Assembly (NCBI GenBank): GCA_028826165.1
Contig: JAPDFW010000081.1
Location: forward strand, 930,001-994,000
Source: Anaeramoeba ignava BMAN
Lineage: Eukaryota > Protista > Anaeramoebae
Direction: 5' to 3'
DNA length: 64,000 bases
Below, in pieces: positions 10,566-23,200 of the stretch. Each line of letters opens with the position of its first letter. Within the stretch, counting starts at the first letter, position 1. A model generated the notes under the pieces. The model saw only the letters and a list, made by a program, of their open reading frames with translations, ran no database searches and had not been told where the DNA came from. A program made the position numbers and the translations under genes.

Positions 10566-13500
10566 TTAATTATCATCTCTTGTATAAGGACTTGAAGAAT
10601 CAAAAATCACAAAACTCTCAGAACTGAATTGAGGAAGAAATTTCAATTCATAATTTGCAAGTGAATCTAGAAAAGGGGAAGTAGAAACAAATCCAAGAAT
10701 CCATTCCACAATTTCTTTTGAATGATTACCAAAATCACGAGAATATTCATAAAACAAATGAGGAACAATAATCTTTCTTGCTTTTTGTATAATCTTGACT
10801 GTTGCTTCCAAATACACTCTTGCCGCATTTGAAAGTTCTTGGTCAAGTCTTTCTGCATGAAATACTCTGAAAGGAACAGCTCTAAGGGAAAAAGATGAAA
10901 GAGCAAAATGCATTCTTGAGTCTATTTTAGTTATACAATATTTTGATCTTCTATCTTCTTTTACAAAATATTCACTCATCTTCCCCTTAACAGGTTTCGT
11001 CCGATTATTCCTCAAAATTCCATCCTTAATATCCGCTAGCGAAAACATCATTCCTCCAATATCATATTTTGATTCATTCATGAATCGTCCAAATGTGCCT
11101 TTATCCTTTGGCACTCCATTCAAAATTCCTGAATGTGCAAGTAATACGTTGTAAATGTTAATAAAGAAACATTTTCTTTCATCTTCGACTAGAAGATCTA
11201 AATTCGCTTTTTGTAATTCTGTTGTTAAGTTGACAAATCTTCCAAAAATTACTGATTGTGAAATGGAATCAAAATCAATTTTTCTTGTGCTTGTTGAATA
11301 ATAGTATGAAAAAAGATCAATCACAGTTTTAATTAATCCATCAGCAAGGAGAGTTGGGTTTCGACAATTTCCATGAAATTTGATTGCCAAATTAAGTATT
11401 TTTTCATCTTTAGGGCGTGATATTAGGATTGCCTTAAAATTTATTAATTTTGAATTTGAATTTTAATTTTAATTTTGATTTTAATTTTAATTTTGATTTT
11501 GATTTTGATTTTAATTTTAATTTTAATTTTAATTTTGATTTTAAATTAAATTTTAATTTTAATTTAGATTTTAATTTTAATTTTATAAATGAATTTTAAT
11601 TTTAATTTTATAAATGAATTTTAATTTTAATTTTATATTTTAAATTTAAATGGTACTTTTGTTATCTTTTTAATTTTAGGAACTTGATCAGGATTTAATA
11701 TAAAATTTTTAAAATGAGGCGACGAATTAATCATATGAACAAAATACTCAAAAAGAACTCTTCTAGTTTCTTCTTGAATTTGCAAGAAAAATTCAGCAGA
11801 GAAATTTTCTTGTTCAAGTTGAAAAGCAATATCATCTCGGATTTTCTTTTGTAAACTTAATTCAAAAAGTGATTCTTGTTTAATAAACTTATTATTAATA
11901 ATTTCAGCCATTTTTCTCATTTCCTTGATTCCATTTTTATAGTTCATAATAAATTGATAATAAATCCAAAATTAATTCATTTTACTTTGAATTTCTTTCT
12001 TTTTATTTTTCTTGTTTTTTTTTTTTAAATCAAACCTCTGGATCTTGAATTTGAAGCATTTTTTCATTTTCAATATAAAAAAGAAGAGGTTCTTGTTGTA
12101 AATTTTCACATAAAACTTCCTTAAAAATTTGCAAAGCTGCAGGATCCATTAACATTTTTTCGAAAAGTTCGAAATTCTGATTTAAAAGAATAATAAAATA
12201 TTTTAAATATTCAAATGCAATAAAGAATTGTTTGAAATAATTTTTTTTTCACCTTTGATTGATCAATTATTGCGTTTTCTTCCATTTGAGAAATCATCAA
12301 CTAAATGATTAAAAAAAAATATAATGATTAAAATTAAAAAAAAATAATATAAAAATAATATAAAAATATTTGCATTCAAATTATCGGAATATTCAATCAT
12401 TTCAGAATCGGAAAGAGCATCTCGTTCTTCAGTTCCAGACATTAATTCTTCAAAAGATACTAAGTCATTTGAAATAGTTATCTGTTCCTCACCGGAATCA
12501 GAATTCTTAAATTGATCCAATTGATTTCTAAGTTGTTTATTCTCAATCACTTTAACTTTCAGTTGGTTTCGTAAAGTTGCAATTCTTTTTTCAACAGGAA
12601 CTTGGTTTTCATTCGAATTGACTTTTTTAAACATACTCTTTTCTTGTTCCTCTTTCACTTTTGCCCGAAGCTTTGGGATCTTTGCCTTCAGAATATCGAT
12701 CTCATCCTGAGCAAATTCTGGGACTTCAACCAATTTTTCATATTTGGATAAAAACTTCTTTGCCATTTCATATTGCTGGGAAACAATATAAAACTCGTCC
12801 TTTTTCTTATCAATCATGTGCTGATATTCATCTAATTTTCGGTACATTCGGTTGTTGAGACTTTGCAGTTGCATTTCTTTAATTTCACTCTTTAGATCAT
12901 CGTGAACTTTCTGCAAATTTTCATATTCTTTTTGTTTTTCATCAATTTCGCTTGTGATTTCTTTTTCTTCTTTGCTCATATGCTTCATTTCGCCAATCAT
13001 TTGTTCAAATTGAGAAGTTAATTGCTTATTTTCATCGAGTTTATCTTTGAGTCTTTGTTCTGCTCCACTTAATTTCATTTGAAGAGAGCCACTTAAGTCT
13101 TGGCTTTTCATTGTGTTGATTTCAAACTTCAATTTTTTCACTTGTAGCTTTAAAGATTCAATTTGTTCTTCTGTTGATTGATCTTCTTTTTGTTCTACTT
13201 TGTGTTTTGAATATGATGGTTCATTGATCACTTTTATTTTCACATATGCCATATGATCAGAGCTCATCCCGAGGAGTTCTAGATCAATGTTTGCCCAGAA
13301 ATTTTTTCCATTCAATTTTTCGCATTGAATATCAAATTTTGTATTTCCAGCTTCTCTTTATATTTGTTTTTTTTTTTGATATAAATTTTGATATAAATTT
13401 TGATATAAATTTTGATATAAATTTTGATATAAATTTAAATATAAATTTAAATATAAATTTTGATATAAATATAATTATAAATTTTGATATAAATATAATT

Positions 13501-15848
13501 ATAAATTTTGATATAAATTTTGATATAAATTTAATTATAAATATAATTATAAATATAATTATAAATATAATTATAAATTTTATTATAAATTTAATTATAA
13601 ATTTTATTATAAATTTTATTATAAATTTTATTATAAATTTTATTATAAATTTTATTATAAATTTAATTATAAATATAATTATATATTTAATTATAAATTT
13701 AATTATAAATATAATTATAAATATAATTATAAATTTAATTATAAATATAATTATAAATATAATTATAAATATAATTATAAATTTTATTATAAAATTATAA
13801 ATTTTATTATAAATTTTATTATAAATATAATTATAAATTTTAAATATAATTATAAATTTTATTATAAATATAATTATAAATATAATTATAAATTTAATTA
13901 TAAATTTAATTATAAATTTTATTATAAATTTTATTATAAATTTTATTATAAATTTTGATATAAATATAATTATAAATTTAATTATAAATTTAATTATAAA
14001 TTTTATTATAAATTTTATTATAAATTTTATTATAAATTTAATTATAAATTATTTTATTATAAATTTAATTATAAATTTAATTATAAATTTTATTATAAAT
14101 TTTATTATAAATATAATTATAAATTTAATTATAAATTTTATTATAAATATAATTATAAATTTAAATTTTATTATAAATTTTATTATAAATATAATTATAA
14201 ATTTTTATTATAAATTTTATTATAAATTTTATTATAAAATATAATTATATAAATTTTATTATAAATTTTATTATAAATTTTATTATAAATAATTATAAAT
14301 TTTATTATAAATATAATTATAAATATAATTATAAATATAATTATAAATATAATTATAAATAAATTATAAAATTATAAATTTTTATAAATTATAAATTATA
14401 TATTTAATTATAAATTTAATTATATATTTTATTATAAATTTTGATATAAATTTAAATATAAATTTTATTATAAATTTAATTATAAATTTTGATATAAATA
14501 TAATTATAAATTTTGATATAAATATAAATATAAATTTAATTATAAATTTAATTATAAATTTAATTATAAATTTAATTATAAATTTTATTATAAATTTAAA
14601 TATAAATATAATTATAAATTTAATTATAAATTTAATTATAAATTTTATTATAAATTTTATTATAAATATAATTATAAATTTAATTATAAATTTTATTATA
14701 TATTTTATTATAAATTTAATTATAAATTTAATTATAAATTTAATTATAAATTTAATTATATATTTTATTATAAATATAATTATAAATATAATTATAAATT
14801 TTATTATAAATATAATTATAAAATTTAATTATAAATTTAATTATAAATATAATTATAAATTTTATTATAAATATAATTATAAATTTTAATTATAAATATA
14901 ATTATAAATTTAATTATAAATATAATTATAAATTTAATTATAAATTTTGTTATAAATTTTATTATAAATTTTGTTATAAATTTTATAAATTTTATTATAA
15001 ATTTAATTATAAATATAATTATAAATTTTGATATAAATATAATTATAAATTTTATTATAAATTTAATTATAAATATAATTATAAATATAATTATAAATAT
15101 AATTATAAATTTTGTTATAAATTCTTTTTATAAATATAGTTATAAATTTTGTTATAAATTTTATTATAAATATAATTATAAATTTTATTATAAATTTAAT
15201 TATAAATTTAATTATAAATTTAATTATAAATTTTATTATAAATTTTGATATAAATTTAAATATAAATTTAATTATAAATTTAATTATAAATTTAATTATA
15301 AATTTAATTATAAATTTTATTATAAATTTAATTATAAATATAATTATAAATTTTATTATAAATTTTATTATAAATGTAATTGTAAATATAATTATAAATT
15401 TTATTATAAATATAAATATAAATTTAATTATAAATATAAATATAATTATAAATATAATTATAAATATTATTATAAATTTAATTATAAATTTAATTATAAA
15501 TTTTATTATAAATTTAATTTCAAAATTCTTTTAAAAAAATGTATTCTAAACAAGAAAAAAAAAGTGAATAATTTACTCTTGTGCTTTTAAAAGAATTGAA
15601 TTAATAATAGCTTTTTTATCAAGAGAAAGATGAGGTTGGGAATCTGAAATCAAAGCCCATGTAGTTTTTTTCAAAAATTCTTTTTTTGATTTTGCACCAA
15701 ATAATTTAATTGCTTCTGAATTAACAAGTTGAAATGTTGAATTTGTTTTGATCAAAATTGAAGGAATTGAATCTTCAAGAAAAGATTGTTTAAATTGTTT
15801 TATTTGATTTTTATGTAAAATTCGACTTAAAGATTGAAAAGATCCCAT
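10566..15848 (-). CDS. PAS/PAC - coiled coil - RGS - DUF547 multidomain protein (multi-exon)
   Basis: PAS half (FQLVNSEAIKLFG) spliced over intron 13356..15576 to a PAC-like segment (KLNGKNFWANI); ~300-aa coiled coil; RGS-like MLMDPAALQIFKEVLCENLQQEPLLFYIE...AEIINNKFIKQESLFELSL; DUF547-like KCFFINIYNVLLAH...FSLADIKDGILR...DSRMHFAL...LDQELSNAARVYL. Confidence 0.75.
13378..15520. repeat. ~2.1 kb 12-mer satellite (ATAAATTTTATT variants) filling an intron
   Basis: Visible tandem array between acceptor 13356 and donor 15576. Confidence 0.95.
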
Positions 15849-16218
15849 GTTCTTTAAAAGTTTAAAAGTTTAAAAGTTAAAAGTTAAAATTTAAAAGTTT
15901 AAAACGGAAAATTTAAAAAAGAAAAAGAAAAAAGAAATGCGAAAAATAAACTGGAAAGAAAAAGATTAAAAATTTTTTAAAAAGAAAAAGAAATGAAAAT
16001 GAAAAAGAAAAGGAAAAAAAAATGAAAAAAATTTTTGAAATTGTTTTTTTGTTTTTTTATTTTAATTTATTTGAATTTTTTCCAATTCAAAAAAAAATCA
16101 AAAAAAAATGGAAAAAAAAAATGGAAAAAAAAAAGTGAAAAAGAAAACATTTGTTTTATTTGCAATTTTCTCCACTAATCATTTTTTTTTTTGGTAATTC
16201 ACATCTGGAAAAAATCCA

Positions 16219-19180
16219 CTAAAAAAATTTATTAGGATCATTATCTTCTTTAGTTTCATTTTTGAATAAATTTCGTGGAATAAAACGTAAAGTTTGTTTT
16301 TGAAAAGAATTAGTTTGAACATTTAATCTTTTGTTTTCAAATTTAAAAATTTCATCATCAAATTGAAGAGTTTTTTTTGCAGAACTTTTGATTTTTGAGT
16401 GAAAAGAATTTGGAAAGGAAATTTCATTTTGTGTATTTAATTCGAAATTAATTGATTGATTTGAATTTTCTTTTTTGCCAAATTCATTGTAAACTCTTTT
16501 TCTAAAATGCATTTGTTCTTTCTTTTCAATTTTGTATTGATTTTTGCGTTTACGTTTTTCAAACATTTTTTTGAGCTTAGGATACTCCAAAATCTGTTCT
16601 GCAGTGGGTCTATTGTTAGGATCGCACTGAAGAAGCCAGAAGATCATGTTCATTAATTCAGTGGAACGTTTAACAAAAAAAGGAAGTTGATCTAAAATAT
16701 TTTGATCAAAAAAAATCGGTTTTTCACAAAATGATTGATTCATTGAATCATTTGAATTCTCAAAATTATTTTGATTTTGAATTTGATTTTGATTTTGATT
16801 TTGATTTTGATTTTGAATTTGATTTTGATTTTGATTTTGATTTTGATTTTGATTTTGATTTTGAATTTGAATTTCATTTTGATTTTGATTCTGATTTTGA
16901 TTTTGATTTTGATCTTGATCTTGATCTTGATCTTGATCAGTTTGATTTTCTTCTGAATTTCGTGATGATAATTGATCAGTATCCAGTTCTTCATCATTTT
17001 GATTTGGTTCATTTTTATCAATTTCATCAATTATATCTAATTCATTTTCATTTTCATTTTCATTTTCATTTTCATTATTTTCAATTTCATCAATTATATC
17101 TAATTCATTTTCATTTTGATTTTGATTTTCATTTTCATCAATTATATCTAATTCACTTTCCTCATTTTTCATTTTCATCAATTATATCTAATTCACTTTT
17201 ATTTTCATAATTTTCATTTGGAGCAAAAAGTTCATCATCACTTTCGAAATACAAATCAAAAAATTGGTAATTTGATTTTTTTGGATCATTTTTTTCTTCA
17301 ATTTCTCTTTTATTCTTTTGTTTTAATTTCTTTTGGTTTGATTTCTTTTGTTTTAATTTCTTTTGGTTTGATTTCTTTTGCTTTTCTCCAATGTTTCTGA
17401 GTATTTTGTAAGGTGCTCCATCTTGAGGAAGAGTTACATCAGCTGAAATTTCAAAGAGAATTAATCCAAGACCAAATACATCCATTTTTTGATTAGCTGG
17501 AATCAATTTTTCAGCTGAAATTCCTACAAATTCTGGTGAAAGATAGCGAGAATCTCCTTCACATTCAACAATTTGTTGTTCTCGAAGAATTAATCCAAAA
17601 TCGCCAATTCTACAAAATCCACGATCATCAAGAAGAATATTTTCAGTTTTTAAATCCAAATGAACTAATCCTCTTGAATGAATGAATTTAAGACCCTAAA
17701 TCGAAATTAAAAATCGAAATTAAAAATTAAATTATAAATCAAAATATAAATCAAAATATAAATCAAAATATAAATCAAATTTTAAATCAAATTATAAATC
17801 AAATTTTAAATCAAATTATAAATCAAAATATAAATCAAAATATAAATCAAAATTTAAATCAAAATATAAATCAAAATTTAAATAAAATTATAAATCAAAT
17901 TATAAATCAAAATATAAATTAAATTATAAATCAAAATATAAATCAAAATCAAATTATAAATCAAATTATAAATCAAATTTTAAATCAATTTATAAATCAA
18001 AATCAAAATATAAATCAAATTATAAATCAAATTATAAATTAAAAATATAAATCAAATGATTTTATTTCTTTTTGGTTTTTTTTTTAAAACTTACAAGAGC
18101 TAAATCAAGTAGAAAATTCCAAATTTTTTTTTCGTTAATTGGACTATTTTGAGAAATGTAATTTGCCAGATTTCCATTTTTATAAAATTCCATTTGAAAA
18201 AACAAACATCCATTTTCTTCCCAAGCTTGAACAAGCCTAACAATATGTTGATTTCCTTCAGTTTCATCTGCTTCCAAAAGACTTTTATAGGCCAAATACT
18301 CTTTATACTTGATATTTTTGTCACTTTTACTTTTGAAGGCAGAAGTCAATTTTTTGATAGCATAAGTTTTCTGATCTTTTAAATACCAAGCACGAAAAAC
18401 TTGCCCAAAAGATCCTGAACCAATTTTTTTTAATTCAACAAAATCTTTTTCAAAAGCTATTAAAAATTTTTTTTTAGGGGTTTTTTTTTTTTTTGATTAA
18501 TTTTTTGGATAGTTTTATTTTAATTAATTTTCATTTATTGATTTAATGATGAGTTGTTATTTTTATTTTTTTTTTTTGATGGATCAAATAAATCTCACTC
18601 TGACGAATAATCTAATTAATTTAGGTTTATCTTTATATTGAAAAATCAATCTCCCTTTATTGAAAAATTATTTAAAAAAAAAAAAGAATTCTTCTTGAAA
18701 ATTTGTTTATATTTTTTTTTAAAAAAAAAAGTAAAAGAAAGAAACTCAACGTTTTAAATTGATCAATATTACCACAACTTACAAAAACAATTCATTTTTT
18801 TATTCCAATATTAAGTTATTATTTATTTAATTGAACTTAATTTAATGAATAAAACGATCCAATTTAAAAAAAAAACAAAATAAATCGAAGTAGAAAAACA
18901 AAAGGGAAAAAAATTTTGTCTTCGATTTTATATTTAGAATTGTTTTATGTGTTTTGATTTATTCGGTTTTTTTTATTATTTATTTATTTAATTTTTAATT
19001 TTAATTTTTTAATTTTTTACAAATATGAGATTGATCAGGAGAAAGTAAAACTTTGGGTTTAGAAACTATTTTTGGTGTTTTTGGATTTGGTGATGATGGA
19101 CATTTGGGCTTTTCAGGTTCGTTTTTTGATTTTGATCGACAAGTAAACATTGATTTGATTTTTGAAGAGAATTCTTGCAT
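16219..19180 (-). CDS. Wee1/Myt1-family protein kinase (3 exons; +1 break near 17170)
   Basis: IGSGSFGQVF, YAIKK, HIVRLVQAWEENGCLFFQME, VHLDLKTENILL, IGDFGL, EGDSRYLSPE (Wee1/Myt1 signature), DVFGLG, DPNNRPTAEQIL. Start 19180 inferred. Confidence 0.88.
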
Positions 19181-20220
19181 GATCTTAATTAGAAAAGTTT
19201 TAAAAGTAAATTAAAGTAAATTAAAAATTAAAAAAAAGGAAAATTAATTGGAAAAAAGTTAGAAAAAAAAAATAAAATAAAAATTTAAAAAAATTTAAAA
19301 AAATTTAAAAGAAAGAGAAAGTGAAAAAAAAAATGTGAAATTCGATATTAAAATTTTACATTTAAAAAGTTAAATTTAAATTAAATTTAAATAAATAAGC
19401 CAACAAGACACAAAAATTAATTAATTAAAAAATAAAAAATAAAAAAAAAATTAATTAAAAAAAATAAATAAAAACCGTTAAAATTTTTTTTCTTTTTTGT
19501 GGATTTTTATTTTAATAAAAAATTAAAACAAAATTAAACAATAAAAGTAAATTTAATTCAATTTAAAATTTATATCTAAAATCGAAATAATATTCTCTTT
19601 TGTTTTTTTTTAGTATTTTTTATGATTAAAATTAAACTGATCAAAAAGCAAAAAAAAAAATTAATTAAAAAATTTTTTCTTTTTATTATTTTTTTTGAAT
19701 TAATGAAAAATAATTTACAAAATTTAAATAAAATTTAGGGGTTTGTTTTCAAAATAAAAAATCCTTTTTTTTTATGTATTTATTTTTGTATTTATTTTTG
19801 TATTTTTATTTTAAATTTAAATTGATTTAATTTTATTGATGAGATCTGATCAAAATTTTCTTAATGATTTAATAAGATAAATTAAAATCAAATTTAATAA
19901 GAATTTAAAATAAAATTTAAAGTAAAATTTAAAATCAAATTTAAAATAAAATTTATTAAGAATTTTGCTTTTTAGATCTGTCAAAAAGAATAATTAAAAT
20001 AATAAATTTAATTTAATTTGATTTGAATTTGATTTGAATTTAATTTGATTTGATTTGAATTTAATTTAATTTAATTTAATTTGATTTAATTTAATTTGGT
20101 TTAATTTGAATTTGATTTGATTTGATTTGATTTAATTGAATTTGATTTAATTTAATTTAATTTGAATTTAATTTGAATTTGATTTTAAATTAATTTGATT
20201 TGATTAATAAATTGCGAAAA

Positions 20221-23200
20221 TCAAAGTAATGCTTTTTCATCTTGATCATTATAGTCATTTAAACCATTTATTTGATTTGCATTTTCTAATTGTGAATGAT
20301 GAGAAATCAAATCAACTCTATCAATTTCATCAAAATCTTCTTGGTCATTTTCGAAATCACTAAAATCATCTTCACTTTGTTCATCCATTGCTTTTTGACC
20401 AGGAAGAACTTCATTATGAATATCCATATAATTCTCCAGACCAAGTTTAGTCAAAACAATTTTTTTCTGTTCAAAATAATCGTTTTCAGGATCATCAGGA
20501 AAAGTACTATGAAGAGCACTTTCAAACCCAAGAAGCGAAGATGTTGTTGTTGAGGAATCAACTACAATAACAGCCATTATTGCGTCTTGGAGGGTAATGT
20601 AATCGCGGAACATTAAGCGCGAATGAGCTTGTGCAAGTCTAATCAAACTTTCAAGCAATCTTAGTGTTGTTCTTGCTGCATTTCTAGTATCGGAATTTCT
20701 TTGGCGGTGGTAATATCTTTTGAGAACTTCTTTTGAATGCTTTAAAAATCTTGGTTGGAATTGATCCTTAATATACGAAATATAAGATTGTATTAATGAA
20801 AAGTTCCACAAGTTTTCCGTTAAGTTTTGTGATTTAATTTGTTTTGTTGGGGTTGAATGTTGGTTCCCTGTTATATTTCGTGTGTAATTATCTCTTTCTG
20901 TTAGAATAAATGAGGCTATTCGCCGATCCCAATCTGGGTTTTCGTTATCCATTAGCAATAATACTATATCAAATCTACTTAAAAGTGGACTTGCCATTGC
21001 AAGATTAACTGATAAGGATTGGGTTGGATCATATTTTCCTTTTGGATTAGCTGCTGCGATAACTGTTGTTCGTGTATTTAGTTTGCATACCATTCCTGCT
21101 TTTGCAACAGAAAGTGTTTGTTGTTCCATAGATTCATGAATTGTTCCACGATCATGTTCTCTTATGCAATCAAATTCATCAATACAACAAACACCACCAT
21201 CAGCAAGAACTAATGCTCCTGCTTCAAGAGACCTAAATTTAATATTTTAATATTTTAATATTTTAATATTTTATATTTTAATATTTTAATATTTTATTAT
21301 TTTAATATTTTAATTTTTGGATATTTTAATAATTTAATAATTTAATATTTTAATAATTTAATATTTTTAATATTTTAATATTTTAATAATTTAATATTTT
21401 AATATTTTAATATTTTAATATTTTAATATTTTAATAATTTAATATTTTAATATTTTAATATTTTTTAATATTTTAATATTTTAATATTTTAATATTTTAA
21501 TATTTTAATATTTTAATATTTTAATATTTTAATATTTTAATATTTTTTAATATTTTAATATTTTAATATTTTAATATTTTAATATTTTTTAATATTTTAA
21601 TATTTTAATATAAACCATTCTCCTCCAGATTCTTTAACAGCTGTTACTGTTAATCCAGCACTTGTTGATCCTATTCCAGTTGTTAATACTGATCTTGCAC
21701 TTAATTTTGAAGCATACTTTAAAATTTGTGAATTATGGGTTACAATAAAATTTGATAATAAAAATCTCTTGTTAGAATCAACATCAACTCCATAATAATT
21801 GCCATAGGATTCAGAATAAATTTCAAAACTAAACAAACGTGAATTTTGATTTCCTTTTCTTTTAATTAAATTTCTTGTTAATTTCCTTTGTTTATAATCT
21901 ATTTTGCTTGATAATATTTGGGTATCAATCTTAAGAAAATAAGAATTTTTTGATGGATTTTGGATCAAATAAAATGGTATTTGAAATTTTTCAGAAGAAA
22001 TTCCAAGACAATTGCAAATAAATTGAATATCGTCAATAAAAGATTTGTTTTTGTGTGAAATTATGGTAAATTTCTGATTTAATTTTGATATATGAATTCC
22101 AATTGAATCAATAACTCCTTGAAGAAATTGTTCTTGAATTTGTGAACAATTAAATTTATATCTTGAATCAATTCCAAAATATTTTTTTTGTTTTGCAAGT
22201 GAAAAACCGAAGCAATATGCAGGAATTTGACCAATTTCCTTTTTTGGGAATTTGATTGGAACTTTATACATAAAATATAAATTTTGATCTTTTTTTGGAA
22301 GTGAAAGAAATTTTTTAACTGTCATTTCAATTATATTCTTATTGTTTTTTTGTTGAAGACAAAGAATATGATTTCCATTTACAACAAAAGAAGAATAATC
22401 ATTTAAAAGAATTCTATATAATATTCCGAATCCTTTCGAAATTGAATTTACAATTCTTGGTTGAGAATCATCACCCATTAATAAATCACCAGGTTTTATA
22501 TATTGAATCATTTTATTTTTTCCATTAAACATAAGAATTTGGGTATTTTTAGCGAAACACTAAAGAAGAATAAATTGAATTTATTTCATTTTGATTTTCA
22601 ATTTCATTTTTATTTTGAATTTAATTTTAATTTTAAATTTTGATATTGAATTTGATATTGATATTGATTTTAATTTTGATTTTGAATTTGATTTTAATTT
22701 TGATTTTGAATTTGATTTTAATTTTGATTTTTGAATTTTGATTTTGATTTTTAATTTTTATTTTGATTTTTATTTTGATTTTGATTTTGATTTTTTGATT
22801 TTTATTTTTTTTAATTTTTGATTTTGATTTGATTTTAATTTTAATTTTAATTTTGATTTTTTGATTTTGAATTTACTTTTCCAGTTCCAGGATCTCCTAC
22901 AATTAATAAATGAGGTTCACCTCTAACCTTATGACCAGTTTCAGCATTAAATCTACTAACACCACCAACAAGTACCATTCCCAAAGCAAGCTTCACAATA
23001 GATAAACCATAAACTTGAGGACACATACTTGAGAGAATCAAATTTCGACCTGCAAGAGGATTTGGAAGATAACTTTCCCAAAACTCATGAAATTGGGTCT
23101 TAATTTCTTCTGAAAGATCAAGTGAGGAAAGTTGTGGATTATTAATGTGAACATGATTAGCTCGAATCACAATTTCAAGATCACACTTTGATTTTGGAAT

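Noticed and set aside
21725-21745. Alternative splicing that skips the intein precisely
   Set aside because: The sequence before the Ser(+1) codon is ...ACCCATAAT with no AG acceptor, so RNA splicing cannot delete the intein exactly.
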